From assembly GCA_905178155.1 (NCBI GenBank), contig CAJINV010000003.1, positions 10,175,979 to 10,239,978 of the forward strand: a stretch of DNA of 64,000 nt, given 5' to 3'. Shown here piece by piece: positions 1 through 12,650 of this stretch (within the stretch, counting starts at the first letter, position 1; every line of letters starts with the position of its first letter). Source of the DNA: Amoebophrya sp. A120 (lineage: Eukaryota > Protista > Dinoflagellata). The notes beneath the pieces were generated by a model. The model searched no databases. It was not told where the DNA came from and saw only the letters and a list, made by a program, of their open reading frames with translations. Position numbers and translations under genes: made by a program.

Positions 1-1285
1 AGAAACATACCCAGCCCATAGTCATCGATGATGCATAGTCAGGGAGTGAGTTTTGCGAGGGCGCGCTGAGATCTTTTTGGCGAGAAATTTTGCCAGAGGA
101 TACTAAGAAGGCGTTTCTGCCAGGGAGGTGGTTTCGCGGGGTTGGTACGGAGAGGACACGTAGCCGCGTGCTTTTGCTAGAGGGGGCCGCAAGAGTGAAG
201 ACATTGACCCTATTTCTACGCATTTCTACATAGCGTTCTTCTTTTTGGCATGCAGCACTGCGACCCAAGTGCCAGCCGTGCTCCGGCTGCCGCCGGAGCG
301 CGCCGCGGGCTGTGGTTTAGCCGAGGCTGACGAGCTTCGGCCAGAAGGGATCAGCAGACGCTGGGACTTCTGGCGCTTCGCTACACCATGTCGCCCTTAC
401 TGACGGCCCTGCACTCTTCCCGCCGCGCCTGAGGGCGCTCGGTGCGGGGGGGGGGAGCAGCTGCCACGAGCACGGCGAGCGGGGGGAAGCTGTCCAGTTG
501 TCAAGTTGGGCCAGCTGCTTTTTTTTGTACACCTGCCCCGGCCGTGGCCGTGATGTTGGCTGGCGGCGGCGGCGTTAGTTTGCACTCGCGCGCAGCAATG
601 CCAATGCTTCGAGACAGCCAGCACAGGTCTGGCTGCCCACGACGTGCCCCGTCGTAGCACCTCGGTAGAAGAAGTTGCTACTACGTTTCCATGTTGCGCC
701 CGCGTGCGCGCTTTACCTCTCTTGTTGCGAGGCGCCTTTTTGGTTTGTTTGGAGGCGAAGGCAGAGATGTGTTATTTTTTGAGCCAGCGGCTTTTTGCCA
801 TTTCGTGCGTCTGTGCTGCTCTACAGGCTGGCAAAAGGCCGCCGGCAGCGACAGGCTGTTTTCTCATGCAAAGACCCCCGCCCCGGCCCCCCGGCCTCTC
901 GCCCGTTCTCTCGTTTGCCTCTCGGCCACCTCCGTGGCGTGTCGCTCAGGAGGACCTGAAGGGCCGCTGGGCGATTTGGCGAGTTACACGCGCGCCATTC
1001 TTTGGTCGCGCCCTCGGGAACTACAAACATCCGGCGCCACTCCCCCAATGTTGGCCTATCTGTATCTTCTTCCTCTGCTTCATTTGACCTTATCGGCGGC
1101 CTTCTATCTACTTGTACTTTCTGGCTTTTGTCTTTCTTCTTTCACTAAGCCCGGCGCCGCCCTCGTTCCAGTCTGGTTGCTTCGCTGCAGTCGTAAAGTG
1201 AAATATGACAAAAACGGACGTCTGCTTTAATATTCATTTATATATCGATGTCGAAGTCGATCGTCAATGTCAACGTCGTCGTGTT

Positions 1286-2000
1286 GTAGGACTTTGACTT
1301 TCACATCTCCGGCGGGGTTTGTCTCTGGTTTGTCGGGCGGTTGAGGATGTTGATAGCGCTCAGCGGACCCCAGTTGAACTTCCCTGGACTGCTAAGATGA
1401 GCTGTGTGGTGTCATTCAAGATGCTTGGCGCTCAATGGATCGCAGTGCAGCCTATTGCTTACCTTCAGGAAATCAAATAAAGGTAGAGGCAGTTCGTGGC
1501 CAAATTCATTCTGGCTCGCCTTGGCAGCCACTACAGGGCTCAGGAAGCTTGTGCCAGATTACGTTTTTTCGACTCTCTTCAGTCCTTCGTTGTCGGTTGG
1601 GTTATTCAGTGAGGATGGGGTGGGTGTGTTTTTATTGACACAGAATACCGATCGATTAGTGGAGCGAATATGAATTTATCGAAGTTACGTCGTGCTGGCC
1701 AGCTCTCTAAGCTTGGAACTGAGTGCCGCGCAGTTTTTCTCCGCCTGCGAGAAGTAGGCGTGATGAAAAACAAGCTCAAGTCACTCGATCTCGAGAACTT
1801 TCCCTGCTTGTGTCGTATATAAAACGGCGACTGTGGACGGAGGTCTGGGATCGACATCGATGTGGTTGACCGTGGCGGGGATGCGGATTGTGTCTCCTAG
1901 TTTGCCAAGCTCGCACGCTCGCCAGGTGTAAGGGGACGGGACCCATCATGGAAATGGATCCCGTCCCCCGCTCGAAAGCCGTTGGTCAAGTGTTAAGTGC
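1286..2000 (+). pseudogene. Degenerate non-LTR retrotransposon (LINE-like) reverse transcriptase C-terminal remnant
   Basis: Stop- and frameshift-interrupted translation gives VVSFKMLGAQW (resembles RT motif 7, V..FKYLG) followed by KLVPDYVFSTLFSPSLSVG (resembles the thumb region). No YADD motif is visible. Confidence 0.35.
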
Positions 2001-2439
2001 ATTTATATTTCAATTTCTGGACAATGCCAATGGTTCTTGTGTTTTCGAGCCTTCCGCGGAAATGCTTAATCAACGAAGGATGACAGCGTGCAGATCAAAC
2101 ATATGATCCACCTTGTTGTAGACTTCCCTGCCTTGCGAAGCGCAAGGAAGTAGGTCTTCACGCGAATTCGACGAAATAAGGCAGCATGCTTCTGGTTCTG
2201 CATCTGCGAGTTGCTGAAATTAGTAGAACAGCTGACGCCACCTCGTCACGAGAACCAAGAAAAAGGTCAGAGATCTTCAAATAGTAGGTGTTTTTGTAGT
2301 TTGCTTGTTGTATTAGGATACACTTCGCCTGCCAAATCAATGACTGCGCTCTCCTTCACTGCTAAAGCGGTTGGTACTGCATTGTTTGGGGTGCAGGTGC
2401 CTAACTGGCAATTACTATACATTATATTCATGCGAAAAA

Positions 2440-3040
2440 AGAGGTAGACAGAGGGTCCCAGAGAGGTGGCCGAGAGGTAAAAAAGAGGTCGACAGAGGTA
2501 GAAAAGAGGTCGACAGAGGTGGAGAGGTGGCGCGGGACCCCGTTCGAGAGGGTGCGCGAGAGGGTGCGCGAATAAGGCCCGCAGTAAGCGCCCACCCTTA
2601 GGCGCCGCCTAAGTGGCACAGAGGGCGCAGAGAGGTCAAAAAGAGGGGGCGCGAGAGGGGGACAGAGGTGGAGAGAGGTTGCGCGAATAAGGGGCGACCT
2701 CTCGCGGACCCTCTTGGCCACATCTCGGCCACCTCTGTCGACCTCTCCCCGCGAGTATAGCCGGACTATTAGCGGGGACCCCCAAAAGAGGTCAAAGAGA
2801 GGGTCTGCGAGAGGTCTGCGAGAGGGTAAAAACACAAAGAAGCGGGCGCAAATCCGCATGGTACTACCCATATTTGGCATTGCAGGCCATTCGCGGACTT
2901 GTTTGGCTCGGCGCCTTTCCGCGCCACCCTCTCGCGCCACCCTCTCGCGCCACCCTCTCGCGCCACCCTCTCGCGCCACCCTCTCGCGCACCCTCTCGCG
3001 CCACCCTCCCGCGCCACCCTCTCGCGCCACCCTCTCCCGT
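2440..3040. repeat. GC-rich GAGAGG/CCTCTC repeat block with a 13-bp tandem array (CCACCCTCTCGCG) at about 2920-3035
   Basis: Visible tandem and inverted sub-repeats. The overlapping ORFs are repeat-derived. Confidence 0.85.
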
Positions 3041-3555
3041 CGGGCGGCTTCTGTTCGCCCCCGTTGTTCTTTGCAGCTGCTCCCTGCGCAGAGCGCCTAC
3101 AGGCGCGGGAAGCGCGCAAGTGGTCCTGAGGGTTGGCGCGGCGCAAACCGGGGGCAGGAATCCAGTATGTTTCGTTTTGCATAGGCCCGTGGGGTTGTGG
3201 TCCGATCGGCAAGCAGTCTTGCCCCGGCCCAACAGCCTTGCGCTCCGGCGGCAGCCGGAGCATGGCTGGTACAATCTAGTGCAGATAAAGTTAAAGATGA
3301 CGCTTCGCCTTCATGATCAGAAATTAACTTTGTAGAAAATTACGCGGGCAGTTTCTGGCTCTTCTGGTTTAGTTGCAGTTGTCCAAGAAGCTTTCGCTGC
3401 GGTCTATTTCTCCTACTCGCGACACGCTCAGAAACAGAAGCGAGCACATGAGTTGTTGCACAGAGATCTTTCTATTGTAAACAAAAACAAAGCCGCAGCG
3501 ATGTTCTGTTTTAAACGTGCCAATGTTTGTGTAGTTTTTTCTCGCCCGTTTCTAC

Positions 3556-5411
3556 ATGCAATGTAACTTTATTCGGATACTAACCATATCTAATCTTGTC
3601 GCGAGCTGCATGCGCAACGCTAGCGCTGAACCTCCAGGAGGTCCTAAAAGGACACAGCATGCCGTGCCGGAACAACAGGTCTCGAACAGCAACAGCGGCG
3701 ATTTCGCTGCGCCAGCGGGGCCTTCTTTCGCGCATCCGCCAGCAGTTGCTGACGGCAATCCGCTGCTCGCCATACAGCGAGAGGTGTGGGGCATGCTCAG
3801 CGAGCAGGAGAAGAATGAATGCCGCGCCCTTCCCGAAGACCGGAAGAAAAAAATGCTGGAAAAGAAGTACCGCGATCTCGTCATGGCAGGCAAGATGCCG
3901 TCCCCTGCACAATACAAAGCCGCGGCAGCCGCGTCCAAGCAGCCATCGGGCGGCACGCAGGCTGTCGGAAGGCGTGGGGAGCAATCTATTAGTGTAGCGG
4001 CCACGCCGGTCGTGGTCCTTGCAAATCAATCAGGGTCAGGGACGTTGAACAGATATAATATGCCTAGTAGCAGCATGAATACCGCCACCACCGCCACGGT
4101 ACCGGTAGTTGGTGTACTACCAGAGCCAGCGTCGCTTGCCGCAGCGTCTGGAGGGACCCCGTTGGCTGTATCCTCAGCGTCATCCTTTGGGCAGCAGGTT
4201 GCGCAGCAAGAAAGTGCACTTCTGCGGCAGCAACAAATGCAGCACCGAGCACCATCCCAGCAGCCGGCTATTCATTCCCACGCACCACTCGGATTTGTTG
4301 GTACTGCGGCGTCATCTTCCTCTTCGTCCGTCCGGCCGGGCCGCCCAGCGCACCTTGGGGTGCACGCAGAGGAGCAGGCAGCGAAAGTGCGTCGGCTTTC
4401 CAGTGCCAGGGCTCCGGGCGACGCTAGTGCTCGAGCGGCTGCAGAAACACACGGCATCTTGCGACATCACGCTCCACAACCATTTGCCTTACAAGATCCG
4501 CGGAAAAACTCGAACCTGCATCCATCGCGTCTGCAGAATGCCGGTAATATGCGGCTACAACGAGGAGCGTTTTTGAATGGAATATCGCACAACTTGGGTG
4601 CTGCCGGAGGCCATTTACTAGTGTCTACTTCTGCCATCGGTTTGGCCGCTAGATCGCCTTACGAACCCTGGGTAGCTGAAGAGTTTTTAGTCAGACACGA
4701 AGAAAGAGTCAAACGGCAGAAGCATTTCGTTCAGGAGGAGCCTCGCCGGCCGATCTCGAAAAGCCAGCTACTTCTCGCCGACGCCGAGCGCGTTGGGGTG
4801 GCGGGATCGCACGCGGGCGAGGCTGTTGCATATGACACCTCTTGTCTCACCGACATGCGGCAGAAACAGCTGCGGGGCATCCTGCCTGGGGAATCCTTTG
4901 ACGAAGATGCGGCGCTCGAGGTCCTCGTTTTTCTCGCGCAGTCTGTCGCAACTCTGCTCGAGGACATTCGGATTGCGGCCATGCACTCCTCCCGAAACTA
5001 CCTCTCCGTACTTGTGCTTACTAGTGTTGCTTTTATTACCGCATAACAATAACTCAATATCAAGTTGACCATCGCTCATGATCATCATCTTCATTGAGCC
5101 CTCACTTGTCATTCAATTGACGTACTGTCATGTTGGGCAAGGGTGGTCTAGTTGTAGTTCCCACGCATCTCTTCAGAAGCTTTTTACTTGTTCTCAAGGT
5201 CTTTGTCTAGCAGAACAAGATCGACGTCGGCCACCTGAAACTTTTGAATTCCTTGCTTTCGGCGCCATGTTTTGTTTCGCGACTCGATCTCGAAATAAAA
5301 ATTGCGGCTGGCATTGGGGCTTTGAATTTTTTAAGTGCTTTGTGGATACCGTCTGCAGGCGAGCACTCTTCCGCAAGGGTGTGCGATACCTTTGGTAGAC
5401 AAGAGCCCTAG
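3556..5411 (+). CDS. Histone-fold protein (TAF9/H3-like fold at the C-terminus, long Q/S/A-rich N-terminus), probably 2 exons: 3556-4998 and 5217-5411
   Basis: The 496-aa ORF ends in FDEDAALEVLVFLAQSVATLLEDIRIAAMHSSRN. A downstream in-frame segment KIDVGHLKLL completes helix 3, and the pattern resembles TAF9 (LEF...VTTILDDAKI...H....VD). Start codon and exact splice site are uncertain. Confidence 0.6.
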
Positions 5412-7013
5412 TGTTGGCCCTGTCTCGAGTCATCTTCAGAAGACCCAGAGGAGAATCGTTACGCGGACACGGTCGCTTGTCTTGGACTCTTTTGGAGGCT
5501 TACTTGGACGATTCCGGATCTTCAAAAATTGCTGTGAATCTCGTCGCTTCGCCCTGATCTCGTCGTTAGTTCAAAATCTTCGGCATGTTCTTATATTTCT
5601 CTCAGATTGTCGTGTTTGTGCTTGTGGCGATGTCTCGAATTATCTGCGACGACAACGACTGGCCAGCTGGAGGAAATGGACGGTCGTGCGCCGACCTTCT
5701 GAAGAATGATGCTCAGTAGATAGAACCTTTTGGTGAGGAAGAGTGTTTCAGGCTCTTTGTTCGGCTGGCTTGTTATGAGCACTTTTTTGGAAACTCATTT
5801 GCATTTCCAGTAGCAGGGCTCGCTGTTCGTCTTCTGCAATGAATTTCTGACCTTGTCTCTAGTAAGACTCAACAACCAGCGCGAGCTGCCAGCGCCCGCG
5901 GCCTAAGGTGGCAAACAGACGCTCTACATTTTTACCGAGCGAAAAAGAAGAACGGGCGGCGTTATGATTGGAGCCTGAAGAGGCGCCCGCTCTTGGCCGC
6001 AGAGCAGCAGGCATGCTAGCCCAACTAGCGTGCCTTCGGTTTCAGTGGGAGGAAGCAACGACCCAGCTCGCCTAGCCAATGTCAATGGCCACTGTAAGTG
6101 TAAGAGCAAGAAAGCAAACAATTGCATCTTTGCGAGGGAGACAGAGGTAGACGCTCTATTCCGAGCCGGCGACGCCGGTGCGTCTTTGTGAAGTACACTG
6201 CGCAGCATCACCAAGAAACAAAGACTAGGGCGAGAAGCAGAAGGACTACCCACGAGTCCACTACTTTTTTTTGCCGCCGCGGCCGCGTCGAGCGCTTTGC
6301 TTTCTTTTGCCTAGCGCGACGCAGTCTTATGCCACACTTACAGCTTTGAAAGAATCTGTATATCATGACTTCTGTTGTAGTTGCTGTGGCTGAGGCTCCG
6401 CATCGAAGATGAGGACTGGACTGTGCGTTCATATTCTCCCACTGGGCTACATACTTTGCTAAGTACATCACAAGCCAGACGTACTAGACGACCCCCACTC
6501 CACTACATAGTATGAATATATTTGTCCCGTGGTAGTGTTACTGGTACCGTGTACAGTACATGATCTCCGAGGAGCCAGTGTGATGTTTTTCAGTTTACCC
6601 GCGCTTCCATGCATGCACCCTAGGTAGCGGATTTTGACTTCGCGTGCCGGTACATCCATTGCGGAGAGCCGCCCACACGAGTGCCGAAACTGTTGGGATC
6701 CACCCCGCTTCTAGGCAGCACTGTTTCTGCTCCAGCGGTTATCCTGAGTCAAGAGTGAAACTCTCCAACACAAATCAATGTCAATCACTTTTGGGAGTCG
6801 ATGCATGTTGTCAAAGTTGGGCCCAACTCAACAACAGCTTTACAATTTCCTAGCGTGGCCGCGTCACAAATTTACTTTTTAAGCCTGCTTTCAAAATTGC
6901 GATGGCCCGAACGCAACTGAAACACGCCCCCCCCATGGGGACCGTGTAAGCCGTTTTCCGCGTATCCCAGATTAGCAAGTAGCGAAGTGGAAGTTCACAG
7001 ATTTGCATGACAG

Positions 7014-7455
7014 GTTTGGTACCGTGAAGATCGTAGTAGCCTCCACGCCTTGGTGTTGATCACGTTCTGCAAGTCTTGCGATTTGACAGATTTCACACCC
7101 ATCCAGGATCGGAAGAGCGAGGGGGATCTTCGAGCCAAAAAACGAAAAGGTCCCCGAAGCACTTCCGTGAGTAAGACAAGGTCATAGATTTGCATGTCAA
7201 GTCTACTTGTGAGGTGAGTACGCTTTTGAACAGGATGGCGCTGCCACGCGGCCGCCCGATGAAGCACGAGAAGAGGCTGCTGACGCTTATGGTCTGCTCC
7301 GCTGCGACAACCTCATCTTTGAAGATGTTATGTGGAGCCCATCAAATGTATCTTTTGGGTGCAAACGCAATTGCAAAAGATAGTACCCGGTGAAGCATGG
7401 CAGATTCGGGGTTGTGTGTAGTTTTAATTTCATTGGTCATTTTTTACATCTATTC
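7014..7455 (+). CDS. Probable internal exons of an uncharacterised gene (7014-7166, 7234-7347, 7384 onward), possibly the 5' part of the gene at 13-18 kb
   Basis: CAG acceptors and GTGAGT/GTATCT donors join in phase 0: VWYREDRSS...GPRSTS / DGAATRPP...EDVMWSPSN / YPVKHG. Confidence 0.4.
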
Positions 7456-7458
7456 TAA

Positions 7459-7810
7459 ACTAGCAACGCCAGCTTCGCCTGTAAGTAGGCATTAGTAGAA
7501 GCGCAAATGTCAGTTAGCAAGTTCTAGACAACAAAGCAAAAAGAAAGAAGCGCCGGCCCCAAAAGCGCAGGCGCGCGCAATCCGAACGTCGCGGCGCCGG
7601 CTCACCCAGCGAGGTCGTCCACGCTCCGGCGCGCCCAATCTGGTCGCCCCGGGCCCGGCGCGCCCAGATTGGTCCTTCCGGCCCCGGCGCGCCCAAGCTG
7701 GCAGTCCCGGCGCCGGCGCGCCCAAGCTGGTAGTCCCGGCGCCGGCGCTCCCAATCTGGTCGTCCTGGCTCCGGCGCGCCCAATCTGGTCGCCCCGGCTC
7801 TCGCGCGCCG
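7459..7810 (+). repeat. Dispersed repeat copy (same family as 32242-33113) with internal GGCGCGCCCAA(G/T)CTGGT tandem units
   Basis: ACTAGCAACGCCAGCTTCGCCTGTAAGTAGGCATTAG here versus ACTAGCAAAGCCAGCTTCGCCTGGAAGTAGGCATTAG at 32242. Confidence 0.85.
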
Positions 7811-10800
7811 AATCTAGTCGTCGCTCGGGCTGCGGCGTGCGTAGATTGGTCACCACGCGCGGCTACTGTGCGCCCAGCCTCATAGCCGTGCCTGCGGCGT
7901 ACTTAGATTGGCCGCCGCGGCTACAGTTCGCCCAGCGTCCTCGTGGTCGCCCCGGCCCCGGCGTTCGCAGCCTGTTCGCCCAAACTCCGGCGATCCCGCT
8001 GCCGGCGATCTGTTGCCACGCTCCCATAGAAAAAGGGGGCCGCGCTGCCCCGCGTGCCCCCGGAGTGAGAGCAAGATACGGCCGCGGGCAGGCGGCCACT
8101 TCACTAGAATCAGAAAAAAAATAGAAGACGCGTCGCCACTCATTCTTTCACCGCCCGGGGCCCCTCTGCATTACGGCCCAGGGGCTCTGCACATCCGGCG
8201 TTGCCGGCTGCTTCCCTTCGTGTAACATTGGCGTGCGCAAAAGATCCCCCGCTCTGCCGTCTTCTTTTCGGATGAGGCCCCCGGGTTACGCGTAAAAGCC
8301 GGGCGACACCTTGCCGCGTTCTCCTTGTTCGAAGTCGCCGACAGCCGCCGGGTCGTCGTGGGGGCGTGCTCTTTCTGGTCAGGAGGACTGTAAAGATCGA
8401 GGCGTGCTTTCTAGTCAAGGCGTGGATATTGCTGACCAAGCGCGTGGAGGCGGCCTCCTTCGCGGGCGGGATGGTCAGGGACTATATTTTTTCTTTTGCT
8501 TTTACTTGCCCTGGCCTCCGTGTAACGAGCTTAACGCTAGGAACTCGCACCGCGTAGCTAACTCTTCCTGGTGTAACAAGACCGCCCCACCACGCAAGCT
8601 CATAGCTAGGGAGCGGGGCGGGGGAAGTTTGGGGGGGGGGCGGGCCCCCCTGCGTTCCGCCTAGCGGGTGGGAGGGTGCGAAGCGGGGGGCCCTGCGTTA
8701 CCGCAGGGGCGGGTGGGGCCCTCTCCTTCACCAAGGGGAGGGCGGGGGGCCCCCTGCGTTCGTGGCCTGCGCCCGCAAGGACGTGGGGTGGTGGCCCCCT
8801 GCTTTCCTTTTAGCGATTGGGAGGATGCGAAGCGGGGGCGCGCTGCCTTCCCAAGCGGGCGACCGACCGAACGGCGCGGGGCCCCCCGGCGGCTGGAGGA
8901 GAAGGGCCGGCGGGAGGAATTTGGGGGGCGGGGGCCCCCTGTGTTCTTTGGCGCGGCGGAGAGGGCGCGAAGCTGGGGCCCCCTGCGCTACCACGGACGG
9001 GGATTGTTGGGGGCCCCCTGCCTCGCCATGGAAAGGGGAGTGGCGGGGGGGGGGCCGTGTGTTTGTCCGCGGCCTTTTGCGGCAGGGCTTGCTTGGGGAT
9101 GGGGGCCGCCTTCGTTTCCCCTAGCTAGCGGGCGGAGGGGCGAGAAGCGGGGGCCCCCTGCCTTCTCTAGCGGGCGATGGACGGACCGACAGGGCTCGGG
9201 GCGCCATTTTGGCGGGGGGGATGGCAGTGGTGGGGGCCTGGTGTGGAAACAAAGGAAGCAAGGTCGGGGGGTGGAGGCCAGCGGCGGGCCGGCCAGATGT
9301 CGACCAGCTTGGCGGCCGGGTCCGAACGAAGGAAGGAAGGCGGGGCGGGCCGGCGGGGGGCCCGAGTTGGTTCGCTAGCCCCCCGCCTTCAGACGGCGTG
9401 GCGCATACAAAAGCCCCCGCCCCCCTCATGCCGCCGCGATTAAAAGCGTCGGCCGGCCTTTTTTTTTCGCAATGGGCTTCGTTGGCGCCCCCCTTCTTCG
9501 CCCCCCTTGCGGCCCCCCGGGCCGGATTGGCCCGGGCTCCGGTCCGAGGCCTGCCTGGCGCCGGCCGGTTAGTTTCTTTCGAGTGGACACTTCAACTTCG
9601 CTGGCCACCTAATGCGGCGGGCCCATTCCAGCGACAAAGGGAGCCCGGCGCGCCCGCCCTGCCGGGCGCCAAGAAAACTAACAGACCCCGAGGAAGGGGC
9701 CCCGGCCTTCTGGTATGTAGTGAGGTCACGAGCGTTCTAATCTAGCGATCTTTTTGACGTGTCTTATCCAAAACGACCGGCAGTTTTCAAGTGGCCGGAG
9801 GTGTTTTTGAGCATAAAAGATTTCCATTTATCAAGCGGCCGGGGCTTTGTTGTCAAAAAAGCCCGAGCCAATTCTATCGATTCACGCTTGATAAAACGAC
9901 GCAGCGGAGCCGGCAAAAGGGGCGCCCTTCTGAGGCGCCCGCCCCATCTGTTTCCGTCGATTTGGGGCGCCCAAAAAGGGACGCCCAAAAAGCAGCACTC
10001 CGAAAAAAACAGCGAATCCGCATAGTATGGGCCTCATTTTGGCCCACATTCGGGCCTCGCAAAAGACGCGACCAAAATCCGCCATTTCAGAGGCGGACTG
10101 AAGGCCAGAAGATGCGGCATTTTGCCAAAAAAAAAAACAAAAAAACAAAGTCCGCCAAAAGAAAAAAGCCAATCCGCATGCTATGGGCCCGATTTGTGGC
10201 TCCAAAGGGTCCGTCCCTGGCGCGGGCCCTGGCGGGGCCATAGCATGCGGGGAAGGTTTTTCGATTCGAAACCAAATGGAGGCCAGCTCTGGAGAGAGAT
10301 TTTTAGCGACCGCCGTGCCGTCATGCATAACATTACTCACGATGGCATGGTGGGCACGCAGAGAAGTTGCGTCTTTTTTGGCGTGAAGACAAAAAGACCG
10401 CCATGACCTCACTACCTCCGCGGGCGCGGCTATTATTGGTATTGGGCACACAATGGGCAGAGGCAAACTAGCCCGCGCAGCTTGGTAAGCTTTTTGCTTC
10501 TTTGCGTGAATGCAGCAAAAGGCCGCGAAAGGGCGGGCGCGCGCCCGGGCATGCCGCCCCTGCCGTTTTCTGCATTGCCCGCCTTGCCATCTCTGTGCGT
10601 TGTTTCCTCCCTCTTTGCCCGTGCTCTTAATTTCCGAAGCGGCCGGGCGGCCCCTTCCCCCGCCTTCATATTACCTCGCGCCCCCTTTGCATGCCCCAAC
10701 CAAGCGCACGCCCAGCGCTCTGCGCTCCTGCTGGAATGCAAGGGCGGGCGGGGGCCAGCGATTTCAGTTCGGGTGGCAACTGGCCGCCCGGAGTGAAGCC

Positions 10801-11002
10801 TGCCGTGGCCGCGCGGTCCCGGGGGCCCTTCAATAGAGAGGCCCGCCGCCCTTTCTTGGTATTGCCTTAGTTATTTTTGTGGCCGCGCCCTTTTTTTTCC
10901 CGCAGCGCGGTTGTTAGCAGAGGCATTCTGGCGACCCTACCTCGGGGCGGGCGTATTGGGGGAGGGGGGCAGTTGGGGGCAGGAAATTATGGGGCAGGAT
11001 AG

Positions 11003-11447
11003 TTGCAGGATGCGAAGTTGCAGGATGCGAAGCTGCAGCGTGCGACGTTGCAGGATGCGAAGTTGCAGGGTGCGAAGTTGCAGGATGCGAAGTTGCGGGA
11101 TGCGAAGTTGCGGGGTGCGAAGTTGCAGGCTGCGAAGTGGCGGGGTGCGAAGTTGCAGGATGCGAAGCAGCAGGATGCGAAGTTGCAGGCTGCGAAGTTG
11201 CCGGCTGCGCAGTTGCAGGATGCGAAGTTGCAGGATGCGAAGTTGCAGGATGCGAAGTTGCAGGGTGCGAAGCTGCAGGCTGCGAAGTTGCAGGATGCGA
11301 ATTTGCAGGCTGCGAAGTTGCAGGCTGCGAAGTTGCAGGCTGTGAAGCTGAAGGGTGCGAAGTTGCAGGATGCGAAGTTGCAGGATGCGAAGCTGCAGGA
11401 TGCGAAGCGGCAGGATGCGAAGTTGCAGGCTGCGAAGTTGCAGGATT
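11003..11447 (+). repeat. 15-bp tandem array (GCGAAGTTGCAGGAT, about 30 units) reading as pentapeptide repeats AKLQD
   Basis: Direct inspection. The frame is preceded by TAG and has no ATG. Confidence 0.9.
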
Positions 11448-11469
11448 TTCGCAAGAGGCCGCGGCCCCG

Positions 11470-11605
11470 GAGTTGGTTGGGGTCACGGATTTGGTTGGGG
11501 TCGCGGAGTTGGTTGGGGTCGCGGGGTTGGTTGGGGTCGCGGAGTTGGTTGGGGTCGCGGAGTTGGTTGGTGTCGTGGAGTTGGTTGAGTGTTGCGAGTT
11601 GGTTG
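11470..11605. repeat. 18-bp minisatellite (GAGTTGGTTGGGGTCGCG)
   Basis: About 7 tandem units. Confidence 0.9.
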
Positions 11606-11729
11606 AGGTGTTTTGTTTTTTTTTTTGTGCTGTTAACATTTAGAGCATCCACATCTACATCCGAAGCAGCTTTATCTATGAGTGATGTGCGTCGGTTGGC
11701 TGCTAGCGGAAATAAGCAAAGGCATAGCG

Positions 11730-12650
11730 GTCCACCTGCTCGACACTGGAGACCTAGGCTTTTAAACCTTGCAGGGCTACTCGTCGGGTGGGTTTATTTT
11801 TGCACCGCGACCAATGTCGAAGCTTGGGCCGCGGGGGGAGTATGGTCTCAGAGCAGTCCCGACGTTTCTCGTTTCGTGCTGCCTCCCAAGCGGTGCTTCG
11901 TCCCAAAATCACATTGAAACAGATGGAGGAAAGGCGGCGCGCGGCTTTCGCCACGTGCTACCCTTCCTCGCGCCAACCCGGGACGAGGATACCTGCAGGG
12001 TGGGGCTGCTGATGTTCAGCCACGTCAACCTGCATCGGACAAGGTGGGGCCTGCTGCGCCAGCAGGCTCAGCGGTACCACGTAGGTAAGCGCCTCAGTAT
12101 GTCTGAACCACCTAGAAGACCAGCCTAGTTTATCGGCTGTTCACAGGCAACCAGCGACCGTCCTAGCTAACACATGTTGAGGCGAGGCGCGGCCGGGTGT
12201 GTAGGTATGCCTTTGCAGGCTTAGGGAATGCCCAAGATCTCCCATGCCGCCCCCTATCGGTGTGATTCTTTGTATGCGACCATGGAAGGCCACGGCATAC
12301 AGCGTGGCACTGGAATAAATACGCATGACCCGACGACTGCAGGTCCGCAGGGGTAGTAGATCAGAGCACTTCACTAAAAAAGCCAAAGCTCGCCAGGGGC
12401 GAGGGCAAAGAAAAAAGCTACCACCTAAAAAAACCACAGACGCCGCGGCGAAGCGGGTAGGTAGCTCCCTGTCCTCGGTGTAGATTTAGGCTTCATAGAA
12501 CAGCACTGCAGCGCGGGAGAGTCTGCATGTCCTAAAGAGTTAAAGTGTAATCGGCATGGGTTTAGGGTTTTTACATATGTAGTGGCGTCGGTAGAAACTA
12601 ATTTACAGATCGCGATCTTGTAGAAACTTGCATATAGCTCGGGGCTTAGG
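11730..12650 (+). repeat. Diverged dispersed repeat of about 0.9 kb, with an inverted homologue at 54130-55052
   Basis: For example AATGCCCAAGATCTCCCAT (about 12227) versus ATGGGAGATCTTGGGCATT (about 54544). Colinear similarity runs along the whole span. Confidence 0.85.

Noticed and set aside
1-240. YP...GLG.F peptide resemblance among minus-strand segments at 1-240, 18.6 kb, 20.7 kb and 58.6 kb
   Set aside because: The matches are too short and frame-broken to support homology by eye.
8600-9750. Long Gly/Arg/Pro-rich ORFs here and at 21-23, 39-40, 49 and 56-58 kb
   Set aside because: Open in several frames on both strands because of GC-rich repeats. No domain motifs were seen.
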